NCBI GenBank assembly: GCA_965248695.1
Contig: CBDFKD010000002.1
Span: 4,864,001-4,928,000, forward strand
Source: Acidobacteriota bacterium
GTDB lineage: Bacteria > Acidobacteriota > UBA890 > WLXD01
DNA length: 64,000 nt
Direction of reading: 5' to 3'
Numbering within the stretch: the first letter of the stretch is position 1; each line of letters begins with the position of its first letter. Below the pieces are notes generated by a model. The model made no database searches and was not told the origin of the DNA. It saw only the letters and a list, made by a program, of their open reading frames with translations. Below are positions 48,138-58,532 of the stretch, one piece after another. Both the position numbers and the translations under genes were made by a program.

Positions 48138-49016
48138 ATGGTTCGAAGCATGAGCGGGCACGGACGCGGCGAAGCATCATCGGAGAGTCTGCGACTCACC
48201 GTGGAGGTGCGTGCCGTCAACCACAGGTACTGTCGTGTTTCGCTGCGCCTTCCTGCGGTGCTCGCGACGCTCGAGGAGCCCGTTCGCCGGCGCGTTCTTC
48301 ATCGGGTACAGCGGGGCAAGGTCGATCTGACAGCCACCGTCGACGGCGTCGGCAGCGGCGGGCCACGGATTCGGCGCAAGGCGCTACGCCACTGGGTGGC
48401 GGAGCTGCAGCAGGCGGCTGAAGAGCTCGATGCGCCATTGGCTCCAGATCTGCAGACGTTGCTGGGCTTGCCGGGCGTCATCGCGGATGACGCCGGTGCT
48501 GCGGACGAGGAGGAATTGCGGCGGTTGACGGACGAGGCCGTGGGCCAGGCGCTCGAGGCGTTGACCGACATGCGCAGTCGCGAGGGCGAGGATCTTGCCA
48601 AGGATCTGAGCGCTCGAACGGCGACCCTTGCGGCAGGCGTGGAGGCGATCGCAGCGGCCGCGGCGGAGCTGCCGGCCCGTATTCGCACGCAGCTCGGCGA
48701 GCGTATTCAGGAGTTGCTCGTGGACACGGGCTCGATCGTCGACGAGGACCGCATCGTTCAGGAGGCGGCGTACCATGCAGAGCGTGCCGATGTCACCGAG
48801 GAGGTCGTGCGGCTCCGCTCGCACCTGAAGAAGATCGAGGATCTGCTGCGCAGCGACGAGGCGGTGGGACGCACACTGGATTTCGTCGTTCAGGAAGTTC
48901 ACCGTGAGCTCAACACGGTCGCGTCCAAGGCCAAGGACCTGGTCGTCGCCGACACCGTCGTGGAGCTCAAGGCCGAGCTGGAGCGTATCCGCGAGCAGGT
49001 TCAGAACATTGAGTGA
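48138..49016 (+). CDS. yicC: YicC/YloC family endoribonuclease
   Basis: RSMSGHG, EVRAVNHRY, DVTEEVVRLRSH, EQVQNIE. Confidence 0.94.
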   Translation: MVRSMSGHGRGEASSESLRLTVEVRAVNHRYCRVSLRLPAVLATLEEPVRRRVLHRVQRGKVDLTATVDGVGSGGPRIRRKALRHWVAELQQAAEELDAPLAPDLQTLLGLPGVIADDAGAADEEELRRLTDEAVGQALEALTDMRSREGEDLAKDLSARTATLAAGVEAIAAAAAELPARIRTQLGERIQELLVDTGSIVDEDRIVQEAAYHAERADVTEEVVRLRSHLKKIEDLLRSDEAVGRTLDFVVQEVHRELNTVASKAKDLVVADTVVELKAELERIREQVQNIE

Positions 49017-49650
49017 GGACGCGACCGTCTGCTTCGTAGTGTCGGCGCCGTCCGGTGCCGGCAAGACTTCGCTGGCGGCGGCGGTACTCGACCGTGTGGA
49101 GCGGCTGACACGGACGATCTCGGCCACCACCCGAGCTCCGCGTCCAGATGAGCACGACGGCCGCGACTACCATTTCGTCGACGCGCACGAGTTCCGTCGG
49201 CGTCGAGAGGCCGGAGCTTTCCTCGAGTGGGCGCAGGTGCACGGGCACAGCTACGGCACGCCGCTGGACGAGATCGACCGCATCCACAGCCAAGGTCACG
49301 ACGCGGTGCTGGTGATCGATGTGCAGGGGGCGGCGTCGGTGCGCCAGGCGCTGGATACTGCGGTGACGATCTTCGTGCTACCACCGTCGCGGCGGGCCCT
49401 CGAGCGGCGCCTGCGCCGTCGCGATGGCACCGAGGCGGTGCGCGAGGCGGACCAGGCGGCACGCCTGGCGGTGGCGGCGCACGAAATCGAACAGTATGTG
49501 AGCTACGATTACGTCATCGTCAACGACGACTTTGAAACTGCCGTTGCCGAGATCGAAGGGATCGTGCGGGCTGAGCGCAGCCGCCTATCGCGACGAGCCG
49601 GGGAGGCGGAAGCTATCCTCGCCTCGTTCGGAGACTCGGCACAAGACTAG
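49009..49650 (+). CDS. gmk: guanylate kinase
   Basis: SAPSGAGKT, SATTRAPR, EWAQVHGHSYGT, IDVQGA. Confidence 0.95.
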   Translation: MSEDATVCFVVSAPSGAGKTSLAAAVLDRVERLTRTISATTRAPRPDEHDGRDYHFVDAHEFRRRREAGAFLEWAQVHGHSYGTPLDEIDRIHSQGHDAVLVIDVQGAASVRQALDTAVTIFVLPPSRRALERRLRRRDGTEAVREADQAARLAVAAHEIEQYVSYDYVIVNDDFETAVAEIEGIVRAERSRLSRRAGEAEAILASFGDSAQD

Positions 49651-49685
49651 CCCGCTAACGGGTCGAACGCTTTGGGGTACCCAGC

Positions 49686-49925
49686 ATGAGCAAGCCAAGC
49701 AGCGAATATCTCTTCGTCGAAGTAGCCGCCAAGCGCTGCTTGCAGCTCATGCGCGGGGCGCGACCCAAGCTCGACAGCGGAGCCCGCAAGTACACGACGC
49801 TGGCGATTCAGGAGGTCAGCGCCGGAGAGGTTCCATGGGAGTTACGCGATCTCGAGGCCAACGACCTCGTGGCGGCGGGACTGCACGAGGCCGTCAAGGA
49901 CGGCGAAGACGCCGGGGGGGGGTAG
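49686..49925 (+). CDS. rpoZ: RNA polymerase omega subunit
   Basis: YLFVEVAAKRCLQLMRGA..K.TTLAIQEV; located between gmk and coaBC. Confidence 0.88.
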   Translation: MSKPSSEYLFVEVAAKRCLQLMRGARPKLDSGARKYTTLAIQEVSAGEVPWELRDLEANDLVAAGLHEAVKDGEDAGGG

Positions 49926-49961
49926 CAGGCCTCGTCGGCTGCCCCGCCTGCGCCGGACGCA

Positions 49962-51191
49962 ATGAACGCTGAGTCGGAAGCGCTCCAGCAACGCGTGGTG
50001 CTGGTGGTGAGCGGCGGTATCGCTGCGTACAAGGCGTGTGAAGTGGTGCGGCGTCTCCGCGATCACGGCGCCGATGTCCGCGTTGCCATGACCCGTGCGG
50101 CAACTGGCTTCGTCTCGGCGCGGACGTTTGCGGCGCTCTCGGGGAAACGTGTGGTGACGTCGCTGTTCGACGATCCGAGGCCCGAGGAGATCCCGCACGT
50201 CCGCTGGGCCGAGAGCGCCGACCTGGTGTGTGTGGCTCCGGCGACCGCGAGCTTCATCGCCAAGATGGCCCACGGAATCGGTGACGACTTCGCGTCGACG
50301 CTGTTGCTTGCCGCCGCCTCGCCTGTTCTCGTGGCGCCGTCGATGGAAGACGATATGTACCGCCAACCGGCGGTGCAGAGAAACCTGCAACGGCTGCGAG
50401 ACCATGGTGTTCACAGCGTCGGGCCCGACAGCGGAGCTCTGGCGTCAGGGCGTCGGGGGCCAGGACGCATGTCGGAACCAGCCGACATCGTCGCTGCTGC
50501 TGCGGCGTTGCTCGGCGGCGGCACCGCGCGACCCCTGGAGGGGGCGAGCGTGCTGGTCACCGCCGGCCCGACGCGTGAAGCGTTCGACCCCATCCGGGTG
50601 TTCACCAACCGATCCAGCGGCAAGATGGGTTATGCGCTAGCGGTCCAGGCCGCGGCGCTCGGGGCGCAGGTGCACCTCGTCTCGGGCCCAACGTGCCTGC
50701 CTGCCCCGCCCGGGATCACCGTGGAACGGGTGGAAGGCGCCGCACAGATGGCGGCGGCCGTTCTCGGCGCCGCCGGGGACTACGAGATCGTTGTCATGGC
50801 GGCGGCGGTATGTGACTTCACCGTCGCTGCGCCGGTCCCCGAGAAGATCAAGAAAGCCGGGTCAGAGACGCTGCAGATCGAGCTGGTCCGCACGACGGAC
50901 ATTCTCGCCGAGCTTGGCGCGCGCTCCGAACGGCCGCTGCTGGTAGGGTTTGCCGCCGAGACCAACGACCTGGAGTCGGAGGCCCGGAACAAGCTGGATC
51001 GCAAGGGGTGCGATCTCATCGTGGCCAATCTCGTCGATGCGTCCGGACGCGGCATGGAGTCGGATGACAATGAGGTGGTGGTGCTCGACAAGCATGGCGG
51101 TCGAACCGAGATCGGGCCGGCTTCGAAGCGCGAGATCGCCCGATCGATATGGGAGGAGGTTCTTGCTCACCGCGCCGAGAGGGGTACTTGA
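49962..51191 (+). CDS. coaBC: bifunctional phosphopantothenoylcysteine decarboxylase/ligase
   Basis: GGIAAYKA, APATA, TAGPTRE, NRSSGKMG, GFAAET. Confidence 0.96.
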   Translation: MNAESEALQQRVVLVVSGGIAAYKACEVVRRLRDHGADVRVAMTRAATGFVSARTFAALSGKRVVTSLFDDPRPEEIPHVRWAESADLVCVAPATASFIAKMAHGIGDDFASTLLLAAASPVLVAPSMEDDMYRQPAVQRNLQRLRDHGVHSVGPDSGALASGRRGPGRMSEPADIVAAAAALLGGGTARPLEGASVLVTAGPTREAFDPIRVFTNRSSGKMGYALAVQAAALGAQVHLVSGPTCLPAPPGITVERVEGAAQMAAAVLGAAGDYEIVVMAAAVCDFTVAAPVPEKIKKAGSETLQIELVRTTDILAELGARSERPLLVGFAAETNDLESEARNKLDRKGCDLIVANLVDASGRGMESDDNEVVVLDKHGGRTEIGPASKREIARSIWEEVLAHRAERGT

Positions 51192-51895
51192 CGAACGCCA
51201 ACGACGCAAGGGCTCATCTCGTCACCCATCTGCAACGATTGCAGCGCGACGGGGTCTGGGGATTGGAGATCAAGCCGCGTGGAGCCGGGACGGTACCGGA
51301 TTCGGGCGGTAGCGTGCCGAACGCCGACGCTGATGCGCCGGGTGGCGAGGATTTGGACGCCATTGCCGCCGAGGCGATGACGTGCACCCTGTGCAAGCTG
51401 AGCGAGTGGCGCACGAACGTCGTGTTTGGTGTCGGGGCGCCACGGGCACGACTGATGTTCATCGGCGAGGGGCCGGGTCGTGATGAGGACCTGCAGGGGG
51501 AGCCGTTCGTCGGGCGAGCGGGACAGCTGCTCAACCGCATCATCGCGGCGATGGGGTTGGAGCGTCACGAGGTCTACATCGCCAACACCGTGAAGTGTCG
51601 TCCGCCACGCAATCGAAACCCGGAGCCGGATGAGCTCGAGGCGTGCGGCCCGTTCCTGCGCCGCCAGGTCGAGACGATCCGCCCGGAGATCATCGTGGTT
51701 CTGGGGCGTGTGGCGGCGCAGTCGTTGCTGCAGACGAAAGAGCCCCTCGGCAGGCTACGCGGGCGAGTTCACGAGTGGCTCGGGATTCCCGTAGTCTGCA
51801 CCTACCACCCGGCGTATTTACTTCGGAATCCAGCCGACAAGGGCAAGACGTGGCAGGACGTGCAGGTGGTGATGGAGCGACTCGGAGCGCTGTGA
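51188..51895 (+). CDS. uracil-DNA glycosylase family 4
   Basis: [32 protein letters not shown]. Confidence 0.94.
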   Translation: MTNANDARAHLVTHLQRLQRDGVWGLEIKPRGAGTVPDSGGSVPNADADAPGGEDLDAIAAEAMTCTLCKLSEWRTNVVFGVGAPRARLMFIGEGPGRDEDLQGEPFVGRAGQLLNRIIAAMGLERHEVYIANTVKCRPPRNRNPEPDELEACGPFLRRQVETIRPEIIVVLGRVAAQSLLQTKEPLGRLRGRVHEWLGIPVVCTYHPAYLLRNPADKGKTWQDVQVVMERLGAL

Positions 51896-51917
51896 GCCTC
51901 GCGTCCCGCGAGCCCGC

Positions 51918-54422
51918 TTGCCAGATCCGGCTCGGCGCGTGATGCTGCAGCCTTCGCTCTATGACGAGGCGGCGCGCTACGCGCTCGTCGCGGTACCGGC
52001 GCCGGTCGACGACCTCTTCTCATACCGGGTCCCGCCGCCGCTCGAGCCGCGGGCAATGCCCGGCATGCGTGTGAGCGTGCGTTTCGGCGGCCGTAATCTC
52101 CAGGGCGTGATCGTCGAAACCGTCGACGAACCGCCGGCCGGCGTCGACCCACGGCGCGTGCGTGCGGTGGATGACTGTCTCGACCGAGACGCTGCCCTCG
52201 GCCCGGTCATGCTGGCGTTGATCCAGCAGATCGCTTCGGCCTATCTCGCTGGCCCCGGAGAGGTGGCGCAGCTGGCCTTGCCGCCGGGTCCCAGGGATCC
52301 GGCAGCAGCGCGTCAGGTGCGGCTCACGTCGTCGTCGTCGGGCGTCGAGCGGTTGTCCGAAGCGGCGCGCTCGGTGCTCGAGGCGGCTCGCGGGGCCGGT
52401 GCTACGAGTCGCTGGGTAACGGCGTCGGCCATCCGGCGTCGGATCGGCAAGCAACCGTTGCACGCCGCCCTGTATGAGCTCAGCGCCGCAGATCTCGCCG
52501 AGGTACGCGATGAGTGGGGTGGGGGCGAGCCCGGGGCACACCGGCTCGTGGCGCGACTCTGCGACGCCGTCGATGCTGCGGTCGCCCGTGAGGCGACGCG
52601 CCGCGCGCCGGTACAGCGACGCGCGTTGGAGGCGCTGCTGCAGGCTCCATCACGTGAAGCTGACGCAGCGGTGCTGTCGCGCCGTCTCGGCGTGGCGCAC
52701 TCGGTGCTATCAGCCCTCGAGCGCAAGCAATTAGTACAGCTCGATCGACGACCGGTCGAGGAGGCTGGCACCTGGGAGCTGGGAGCCAGCGGGGCCGGCG
52801 AGTTCGTGTTGACCGCCGATCAAGAGTGCGCCCTACGCGAGGTGAAGCGCGCCATAGACGAGCGTGTCCGGCCCCCGGCCCTGTTGCACGGGGTAACCGG
52901 CAGCGGCAAGACCGAAGTCTACCTGCGTGGGGCGGCGCACGCGCTGCGCGCCGGGCGCTCGGCGCTTCTGCTGGTTCCGGAGATCGGACTCACGCCACAG
53001 CTGGAGGAGCGCGCCCGGGCGGTGCTCGGGGATCGTGTTTCCGTGCTCCATTCCGGCATGGCCGACGGCGCCCGTGCGCGCTCCTGGTGGCGTGTCCGGC
53101 GCGGCGACGCGCGCGTCGTCGTGGGACCGCGATCGGCGGTGTTTGCGCCGCTCGCCGATGTCGGGCTCATCGTCATCGACGAAGAGCAGGACAGCGCCTA
53201 CAAACAGGAGGAGCGGCCACGCTACAACGGCCGTGACGTGGCCCGCTGGCGCGCCCGTCTGGAGGGTGCGGCGGTGGTGATGGGCTCAGCGACCCCGGCG
53301 GTCGAGAGCTACAGGAAGGCGTCGTCGGCGGAGTGGGGGCTGTTGCGCCTGCCGTCGCGGGTCCGTCTCCAGCCGATGCCCGAGGTTCGTGTCGTCGACA
53401 TGCGCCGCGAATGGAAGCAGAGCGGGCGCAGCCTTGTTTCGCGCGCGCTCGAGGACAGCATTGCCGCCCGCCTGGAGCGCCGCGAGCAGGCGCTGATCCT
53501 CTTGAACCGGCGTGGTTTCGCCCCCGTGCTGCTGTGTCGCGCGTGCGGCCAACGCGTCGAGTGTCCGCACTGTGCCGTGACGCTGACCGTGCACCGAGCC
53601 GACCGCACGCTGCGTTGCCACTACTGTGACCACCGGACGCCTGTACCCGGCGTCTGCGATGCCTGCGGGGCGACGGTACTGCACGACGTGGGGCATGGCA
53701 CCGAGCGCTTGCAAGCAGCGCTGCGGCAACGGTTTCCGGGTGCCCGCATCGAGCGTTTCGACGCCGACCAGACGCAACGGCGGGGAGCACATGGGCGCAT
53801 CCTGTCGCGCTTCGGGAAGGCCGATATCGACGTGCTCGTGGGCACACAGATGTTGGCTAAGGGGCACGACTTCCCCGGTGTCACCCTGGTGGGGGTGGTC
53901 GGGGCCGATACTGCCCTCTCGATGCCCGATTTCCGTGCTGCCGAGCGTACGTTCCAGCTGCTGACGCAAATGGCGGGGCGCGCCGGCCGGGGCGACGTTG
54001 CCGGTGAGGTGCTACTGCAGGCTCATCAGCCCGATCACTACGCCATCGAGTCTGCGACGCAGCACGATTTCGTGGCGTTCTACGAGCGCGAGATCGAGTA
54101 TCGGCGCCGATTGCGGTATCCGCCCTTCGTGGCGCTTGCGACCTGCGTCTGCAGGGGTAAGCTGGCGGCTTCGGTGAAAGAGGAGGCAGATCGGTTTGCG
54201 GGCGCGTTGCGGGCCGAGGCGGGGGAGGGGATCGAGGTGCTGGGCCCGGCCTCGCCAGCGCTTGCGCGGTTGCGTGGGAAGTATCGCGTGCAGCTGTTGC
54301 TGAAAGCCTCGTCGCGCGCCGACCTCGGCGATCACTTGCGACGCTCGATGCAGCGCCTGCGTCAACAACGCCAGCTGCCACGGGATCTGGTGATCGACAT
54401 CGACCCACAGAACCTCTTGTGA
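51918..54422 (+). CDS. priA: primosomal protein N'
   Basis: GVTGSGKTEVY, DEEQD, four CxxC Zn motifs, GTQMLAKGHDF, QMAGRAGR. Confidence 0.96.
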   Translation: MPDPARRVMLQPSLYDEAARYALVAVPAPVDDLFSYRVPPPLEPRAMPGMRVSVRFGGRNLQGVIVETVDEPPAGVDPRRVRAVDDCLDRDAALGPVMLALIQQIASAYLAGPGEVAQLALPPGPRDPAAARQVRLTSSSSGVERLSEAARSVLEAARGAGATSRWVTASAIRRRIGKQPLHAALYELSAADLAEVRDEWGGGEPGAHRLVARLCDAVDAAVAREATRRAPVQRRALEALLQAPSREADAAVLSRRLGVAHSVLSALERKQLVQLDRRPVEEAGTWELGASGAGEFVLTADQECALREVKRAIDERVRPPALLHGVTGSGKTEVYLRGAAHALRAGRSALLLVPEIGLTPQLEERARAVLGDRVSVLHSGMADGARARSWWRVRRGDARVVVGPRSAVFAPLADVGLIVIDEEQDSAYKQEERPRYNGRDVARWRARLEGAAVVMGSATPAVESYRKASSAEWGLLRLPSRVRLQPMPEVRVVDMRREWKQSGRSLVSRALEDSIAARLERREQALILLNRRGFAPVLLCRACGQRVECPHCAVTLTVHRADRTLRCHYCDHRTPVPGVCDACGATVLHDVGHGTERLQAALRQRFPGARIERFDADQTQRRGAHGRILSRFGKADIDVLVGTQMLAKGHDFPGVTLVGVVGADTALSMPDFRAAERTFQLLTQMAGRAGRGDVAGEVLLQAHQPDHYAIESATQHDFVAFYEREIEYRRRLRYPPFVALATCVCRGKLAASVKEEADRFAGALRAEAGEGIEVLGPASPALARLRGKYRVQLLLKASSRADLGDHLRRSMQRLRQQRQLPRDLVIDIDPQNLL

Positions 54423-54449
54423 GCAGCACCTAAACGGGACGGAGCCTGT

Positions 54450-56969
54450 ATGGACACACGAACCGATTCTGTGGCGCTACCGGCTCGCAGGATCGCCCTG
54501 GCAACGATCCTCCTCGGCTCGGTGGCTGCCGTCGCCTCGGCGCAGCAGTCGCAGCCGCCTACGGCCGAGGACGAGCTCGCGCCGGTGCGGGCGATTCATA
54601 CCACGTTGCGAGACAGGTTGGCGGCCGCCGCACCGTTGCTCGACGTCGACTTGATCATGGAAGGGGCCGACTTCAGCGGCACCACGCCGACGGGAGTTCG
54701 CTGGGACGGCCGCGGCGAGCGCCTCTGGTTCCAGTGGAAGCGCTGGGACGAGCCGGAAAGCGGAACCTGGGAGTATCGGCTGTCGGATCGATCGCTCCGC
54801 CGGCTCGATGAGGCGGCGGCCGAAGACGTGCCGGGGCGCAATTCCGTATGGGACGCGGACCGTCGCCGCGCGATGTGGGAGGTTCGCGATTCGATCCGCC
54901 TTTACGACGCCGAGTCGGGTAGCGTCCGCACGCTGCTCGATGGCATCGACGGGGCCCGTCCGGTGGCCTTTGCGCGCGGCTCCAGGAGTGGCGTCGTGCG
55001 CTGGCAGAACAATCTTCTGTCGATCGAGCTCGCCGATCCGGGCGACGCGCCGGTGGTGCGACGCCTTACGGACGTCCGCGCGGGCAAGGCCCCGGAGCAA
55101 GCGCCTCCGACAGGCAGCCAGCGCTGGTTGCGCGAGCAGCAGCTGGCGCTCTTCGATGTGCTCCATCGACGAGAGGCACGCAGCGAGCGTCGCCGCGAAC
55201 GGAGCGATCTGTTGCAGCCCGCACCCCTCTACCTGGACGGATGGCGGATCGACGCGCTGGTGCCGTCGCCGGATCTGAGCTGGGTTGCCGTGCTGCAGCG
55301 ACAGGAGGCCACGTCGGACGAGGTGGCCGACGTGCCGGACTACGTCACCACCAGCGGATACACGGAGGAGCTTCACAGTCGCATCAAGGTCGGGGATGAT
55401 CTCGGCAGTCGGCGCCTCGGGCTGCTCGAAGTAGCCACCGGAACGGTGGGTTGGGCCGAAGTGGACCTCGAGGACCGTGATCTGGCGTACAGCGGCGTCC
55501 GCTGGAGCGAGAATTCCCGCCGGGCCCTCGTCCAGGCTCGCGCCACCGACAACAAGGATCGTTGGCTGGCGGTGCTCACCCCGGCACTGACGGACGGCGC
55601 CGACAGCGGCGATTCCGCGCCCGCCAACGACCGATCGGCCGCCGAGTCTGAGCCCGCGAGCGACCGATCCGCCGACGACGGTGAGGCGGAGTCCGACAAC
55701 CGGCGGTCCGTAGTGATCGACGTCGTCCTGGCGACGCACGATCACGACGATGCGTGGATCAACTGGAGCGTTGCGGGCGCCTATGGTTGGCTGCCGGGAG
55801 ACGAGGACTTCTACTTCGTCTCGGAGCGCTCCGGGTACATGCACCTGTATCGCGCCGCGGCCTCCGGCGGCGATCCTGCGGCGCTCACCAGCGGCGAGTA
55901 CGAGGTCTTCTCTCCGCGCCTGACGCCGGCGCGCGACGCCCTGGTATTCGAGGCGTCGATACAGAGCCCGTTCGAGGTCCATGCGTATCGACTGGGGCTC
56001 GACGGCGGCGACGCGGCGCAGATCAGCGCCGGGCACGGTCGCGAGAACGTCGTGCTGAGTCGCGATGGTCGCAGCTTTGCCGCAGTGGCGTCGAGATCCA
56101 ACCGTCCTTGGGAGCTCTATGTGCACGACGGCGGCGATGCGGCCGCGGGCGAACGCGTCACCCGGTCAGCAAGCCCGGCGTTCGACTCCTACGATTGGAT
56201 CGAGCCGGAGATCGTCCATTTCGAGGCGCGCGACGGGGTCGATGTCCCGGCTCGGCTGTACCGTCCGGTCGGCGAAGCGACGAACCGGCCGGCGGTGATT
56301 TTCGTGCACGGCGCCGGCTACCTGCACAACGTCCATCGCTGGTGGTCATCGTACTCGCGCGAGTACGCCTTCCATCATCTACTGGCGGAGCGCGGCTACA
56401 CGGTGCTCGACATTGATTACCGCGGCTCGGCAGGCTACGGACGTGACTGGCGCACAGCCATCTACAGGTACATGGGAGGCAAGGATCTCGACGACCAGGT
56501 GGATGGGGCGCGTTACTTGACCCGGGAGCATGGCGTGGATCCGGAGCGCATCGGGATCTACGGAGGCTCATACGGTGGCTTCATCACCCTGATGGCGCTG
56601 TTTACCGCGGCCGAGGACTTCGCCGCCGGCGCGGCGCTGCGCCCGGTCACCGACTGGGCCCACTACAACCATCCGTATACCAGCAACATCCTCAACTTAC
56701 CGCAGTCCGACGCCGAGTCCTACTGGCGCTCGTCACCCATATACTTCGCCGAGGGGCTCGATGATCCGTTGCTGATCTGTCACGGAGTCATCGACACGAA
56801 TGTGCATTTCCAGGGGGTGGTGCGGCTGGCACAGCGGCTCATCGAGTTGCGTAAGGAGAACTGGGAGGTGGCCTTGTACCCGGTCGAGAGTCACGGGTTC
56901 GTCGAGGCGGCCTCCTGGGCCGATGAGTACCGCCGTATTCTGAAGCTCTTCGAGGACAACCTGAGGTGA
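54450..56969 (+). CDS. S9 prolyl oligopeptidase / dipeptidyl peptidase IV-like, secreted
   Basis: signal peptide, beta-propeller, GGSYGG nucleophile, D-NV, ESHGF. Confidence 0.92.
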   Translation: MDTRTDSVALPARRIALATILLGSVAAVASAQQSQPPTAEDELAPVRAIHTTLRDRLAAAAPLLDVDLIMEGADFSGTTPTGVRWDGRGERLWFQWKRWDEPESGTWEYRLSDRSLRRLDEAAAEDVPGRNSVWDADRRRAMWEVRDSIRLYDAESGSVRTLLDGIDGARPVAFARGSRSGVVRWQNNLLSIELADPGDAPVVRRLTDVRAGKAPEQAPPTGSQRWLREQQLALFDVLHRREARSERRRERSDLLQPAPLYLDGWRIDALVPSPDLSWVAVLQRQEATSDEVADVPDYVTTSGYTEELHSRIKVGDDLGSRRLGLLEVATGTVGWAEVDLEDRDLAYSGVRWSENSRRALVQARATDNKDRWLAVLTPALTDGADSGDSAPANDRSAAESEPASDRSADDGEAESDNRRSVVIDVVLATHDHDDAWINWSVAGAYGWLPGDEDFYFVSERSGYMHLYRAAASGGDPAALTSGEYEVFSPRLTPARDALVFEASIQSPFEVHAYRLGLDGGDAAQISAGHGRENVVLSRDGRSFAAVASRSNRPWELYVHDGGDAAAGERVTRSASPAFDSYDWIEPEIVHFEARDGVDVPARLYRPVGEATNRPAVIFVHGAGYLHNVHRWWSSYSREYAFHHLLAERGYTVLDIDYRGSAGYGRDWRTAIYRYMGGKDLDDQVDGARYLTREHGVDPERIGIYGGSYGGFITLMALFTAAEDFAAGAALRPVTDWAHYNHPYTSNILNLPQSDAESYWRSSPIYFAEGLDDPLLICHGVIDTNVHFQGVVRLAQRLIELRKENWEVALYPVESHGFVEAASWADEYRRILKLFEDNLR

Positions 56970-58519
56970 ACAGACAGCGCATCCTGATACTGGATTTCGG
57001 CGGCCAGTACACTCAGCTCATCGCCCGTCGCGTCCGCGAAGCCGGCGTGTATTCGGAGATCCTGCCGTTTCATGCGTCTCCGGAGATCCTCGCCGCGGCA
57101 CCGCCAGCCGGTGTGGTGCTGTCGGGCGGACCGGAGTCCGTTGCCGACGTCGACGCTCCTCGCTGCGATCGCGCCTGGCTCGAGGCCGAGGTTCCGGTGC
57201 TGGGGATCTGCTACGGCATGCAGCTGCTGGTCAGCGAGCTCGGGGGCGCTGTGGAGCCGTCAACGTGGCGCGAGTACGGTCGTTCGAGCGTCGATCTCGA
57301 GGACGGCGCTTCCCGCTTGCTCGCCGGCTGGTCAAGCGGCGATCCGGTGTGGATGAGCCACGGCGACACGGCGCGCGACCTTCCGGGAGGCTACCGGGTC
57401 ACGGCGCGCTCCGACGGGGTGATCGCCGCGATCGAGAATGACGATGCACGACGGTGTGACATCCAGTTCCACCCCGAGGTTCACCACACGCCGCGTGGGG
57501 CGAAGCTGCTGGGCAACTTCGTGTTCGACATCTGCGGTTGCGAGCCGAGCTGGACACCCGAGGGTCTCGTGGATGAGCTCGTGGCGAGCGTGCGCGCCAA
57601 GGTTGGCGACGGCAACGTGCTGTGCGCCGTGTCGGGCGGCGTCGACTCGGCGGTCACCGCGGTGCTGTTGCGGCGCGCTCTGGGCGATCGTGTGGCTTGC
57701 GTGATGGTCGACACCGGTTTGCTGCGGTCAGGGGAGCGTGAGGCCCTGGAGCGATTGTTCGCGGAACGGCTGGACTTTCCGGTCCACGTGGTCGACGCTA
57801 AGCGCCGCTTTCTGGGCGCGCTTGCGGGCGTCGACGATCCCGAGACGAAGCGCAAGATCATCGGTCGCGAGTTCATCGAGGTCTTTGCCCACGAGGCCGA
57901 GCGGCTGGCGCGAGCCCGCGGACAGCGTTTCGAGTTCCTCGCTCAGGGGACGCTTTATCCTGATGTGATCGAGAGTGTCTCGGTACGTGGGCCGTCGGTG
58001 ACGATCAAGAGCCACCACAACGTGGGCGGGCTTCCCGACCACCTGCCGATGGATCTGATCGAGCCGCTCAGGGAACTCTTCAAAGACGAGGTGCGGAGGC
58101 TCGGAACCGAGCTCGGTCTCGACGACGAGTTCGTACAGCGCCATCCGTTCCCCGGGCCGGGACTTGCGGTAAGGGTGCTCGGCCCCGTCGATGAAGAGAG
58201 ACTCGAGCGTGCTCGTGGCGCCGACGCCATCTTCATCGAAGAGATTCACCGCGCGCAGCTGTACGGCGATATCTGGCAAGCATTCGCCGTGTTGCTGCCG
58301 GTGCGTACGGTAGGCGTGATGGGGGATGCGCGCACGTACGATGAGGTCATCGCGCTGCGGGCGGTCCACTCCGTCGACGGGATGACGGCGGACTGGGTTC
58401 CGCTGCCGGACGAGTTGTTGCAGCGAGCCGGGGCACGCATCGTGAACGAGGTTGCCGGTGTCAACCGCGTCGTCTACGACATCTCCACCAAGCCCCCGGC
58501 AACGATCGAATGGGAGTAG
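56966..58519 (+). CDS. guaA: GMP synthase (glutamine-hydrolysing)
   Basis: DFGGQYTQLIARR, GICYGMQ, QFHPEV, SGGVDS, KSHHNVGG, KPPATIEWE. Confidence 0.97.
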   Translation: MNRQRILILDFGGQYTQLIARRVREAGVYSEILPFHASPEILAAAPPAGVVLSGGPESVADVDAPRCDRAWLEAEVPVLGICYGMQLLVSELGGAVEPSTWREYGRSSVDLEDGASRLLAGWSSGDPVWMSHGDTARDLPGGYRVTARSDGVIAAIENDDARRCDIQFHPEVHHTPRGAKLLGNFVFDICGCEPSWTPEGLVDELVASVRAKVGDGNVLCAVSGGVDSAVTAVLLRRALGDRVACVMVDTGLLRSGEREALERLFAERLDFPVHVVDAKRRFLGALAGVDDPETKRKIIGREFIEVFAHEAERLARARGQRFEFLAQGTLYPDVIESVSVRGPSVTIKSHHNVGGLPDHLPMDLIEPLRELFKDEVRRLGTELGLDDEFVQRHPFPGPGLAVRVLGPVDEERLERARGADAIFIEEIHRAQLYGDIWQAFAVLLPVRTVGVMGDARTYDEVIALRAVHSVDGMTADWVPLPDELLQRAGARIVNEVAGVNRVVYDISTKPPATIEWE

Positions 58520-58532
58520 TGGGGAGTCGCAC

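Noticed and set aside
49914-49922. G9 homopolymer at the 3' end of rpoZ as a phase-variation site
   Set aside because: It affects only the last residues, and homopolymer length is unreliable without reads
57451-57462. GuaA reads RRCDIQFHPE where YGxQFHPE is usual
   Set aside because: The frame and catalytic HPE are intact; most likely a local sequence error or benign variant
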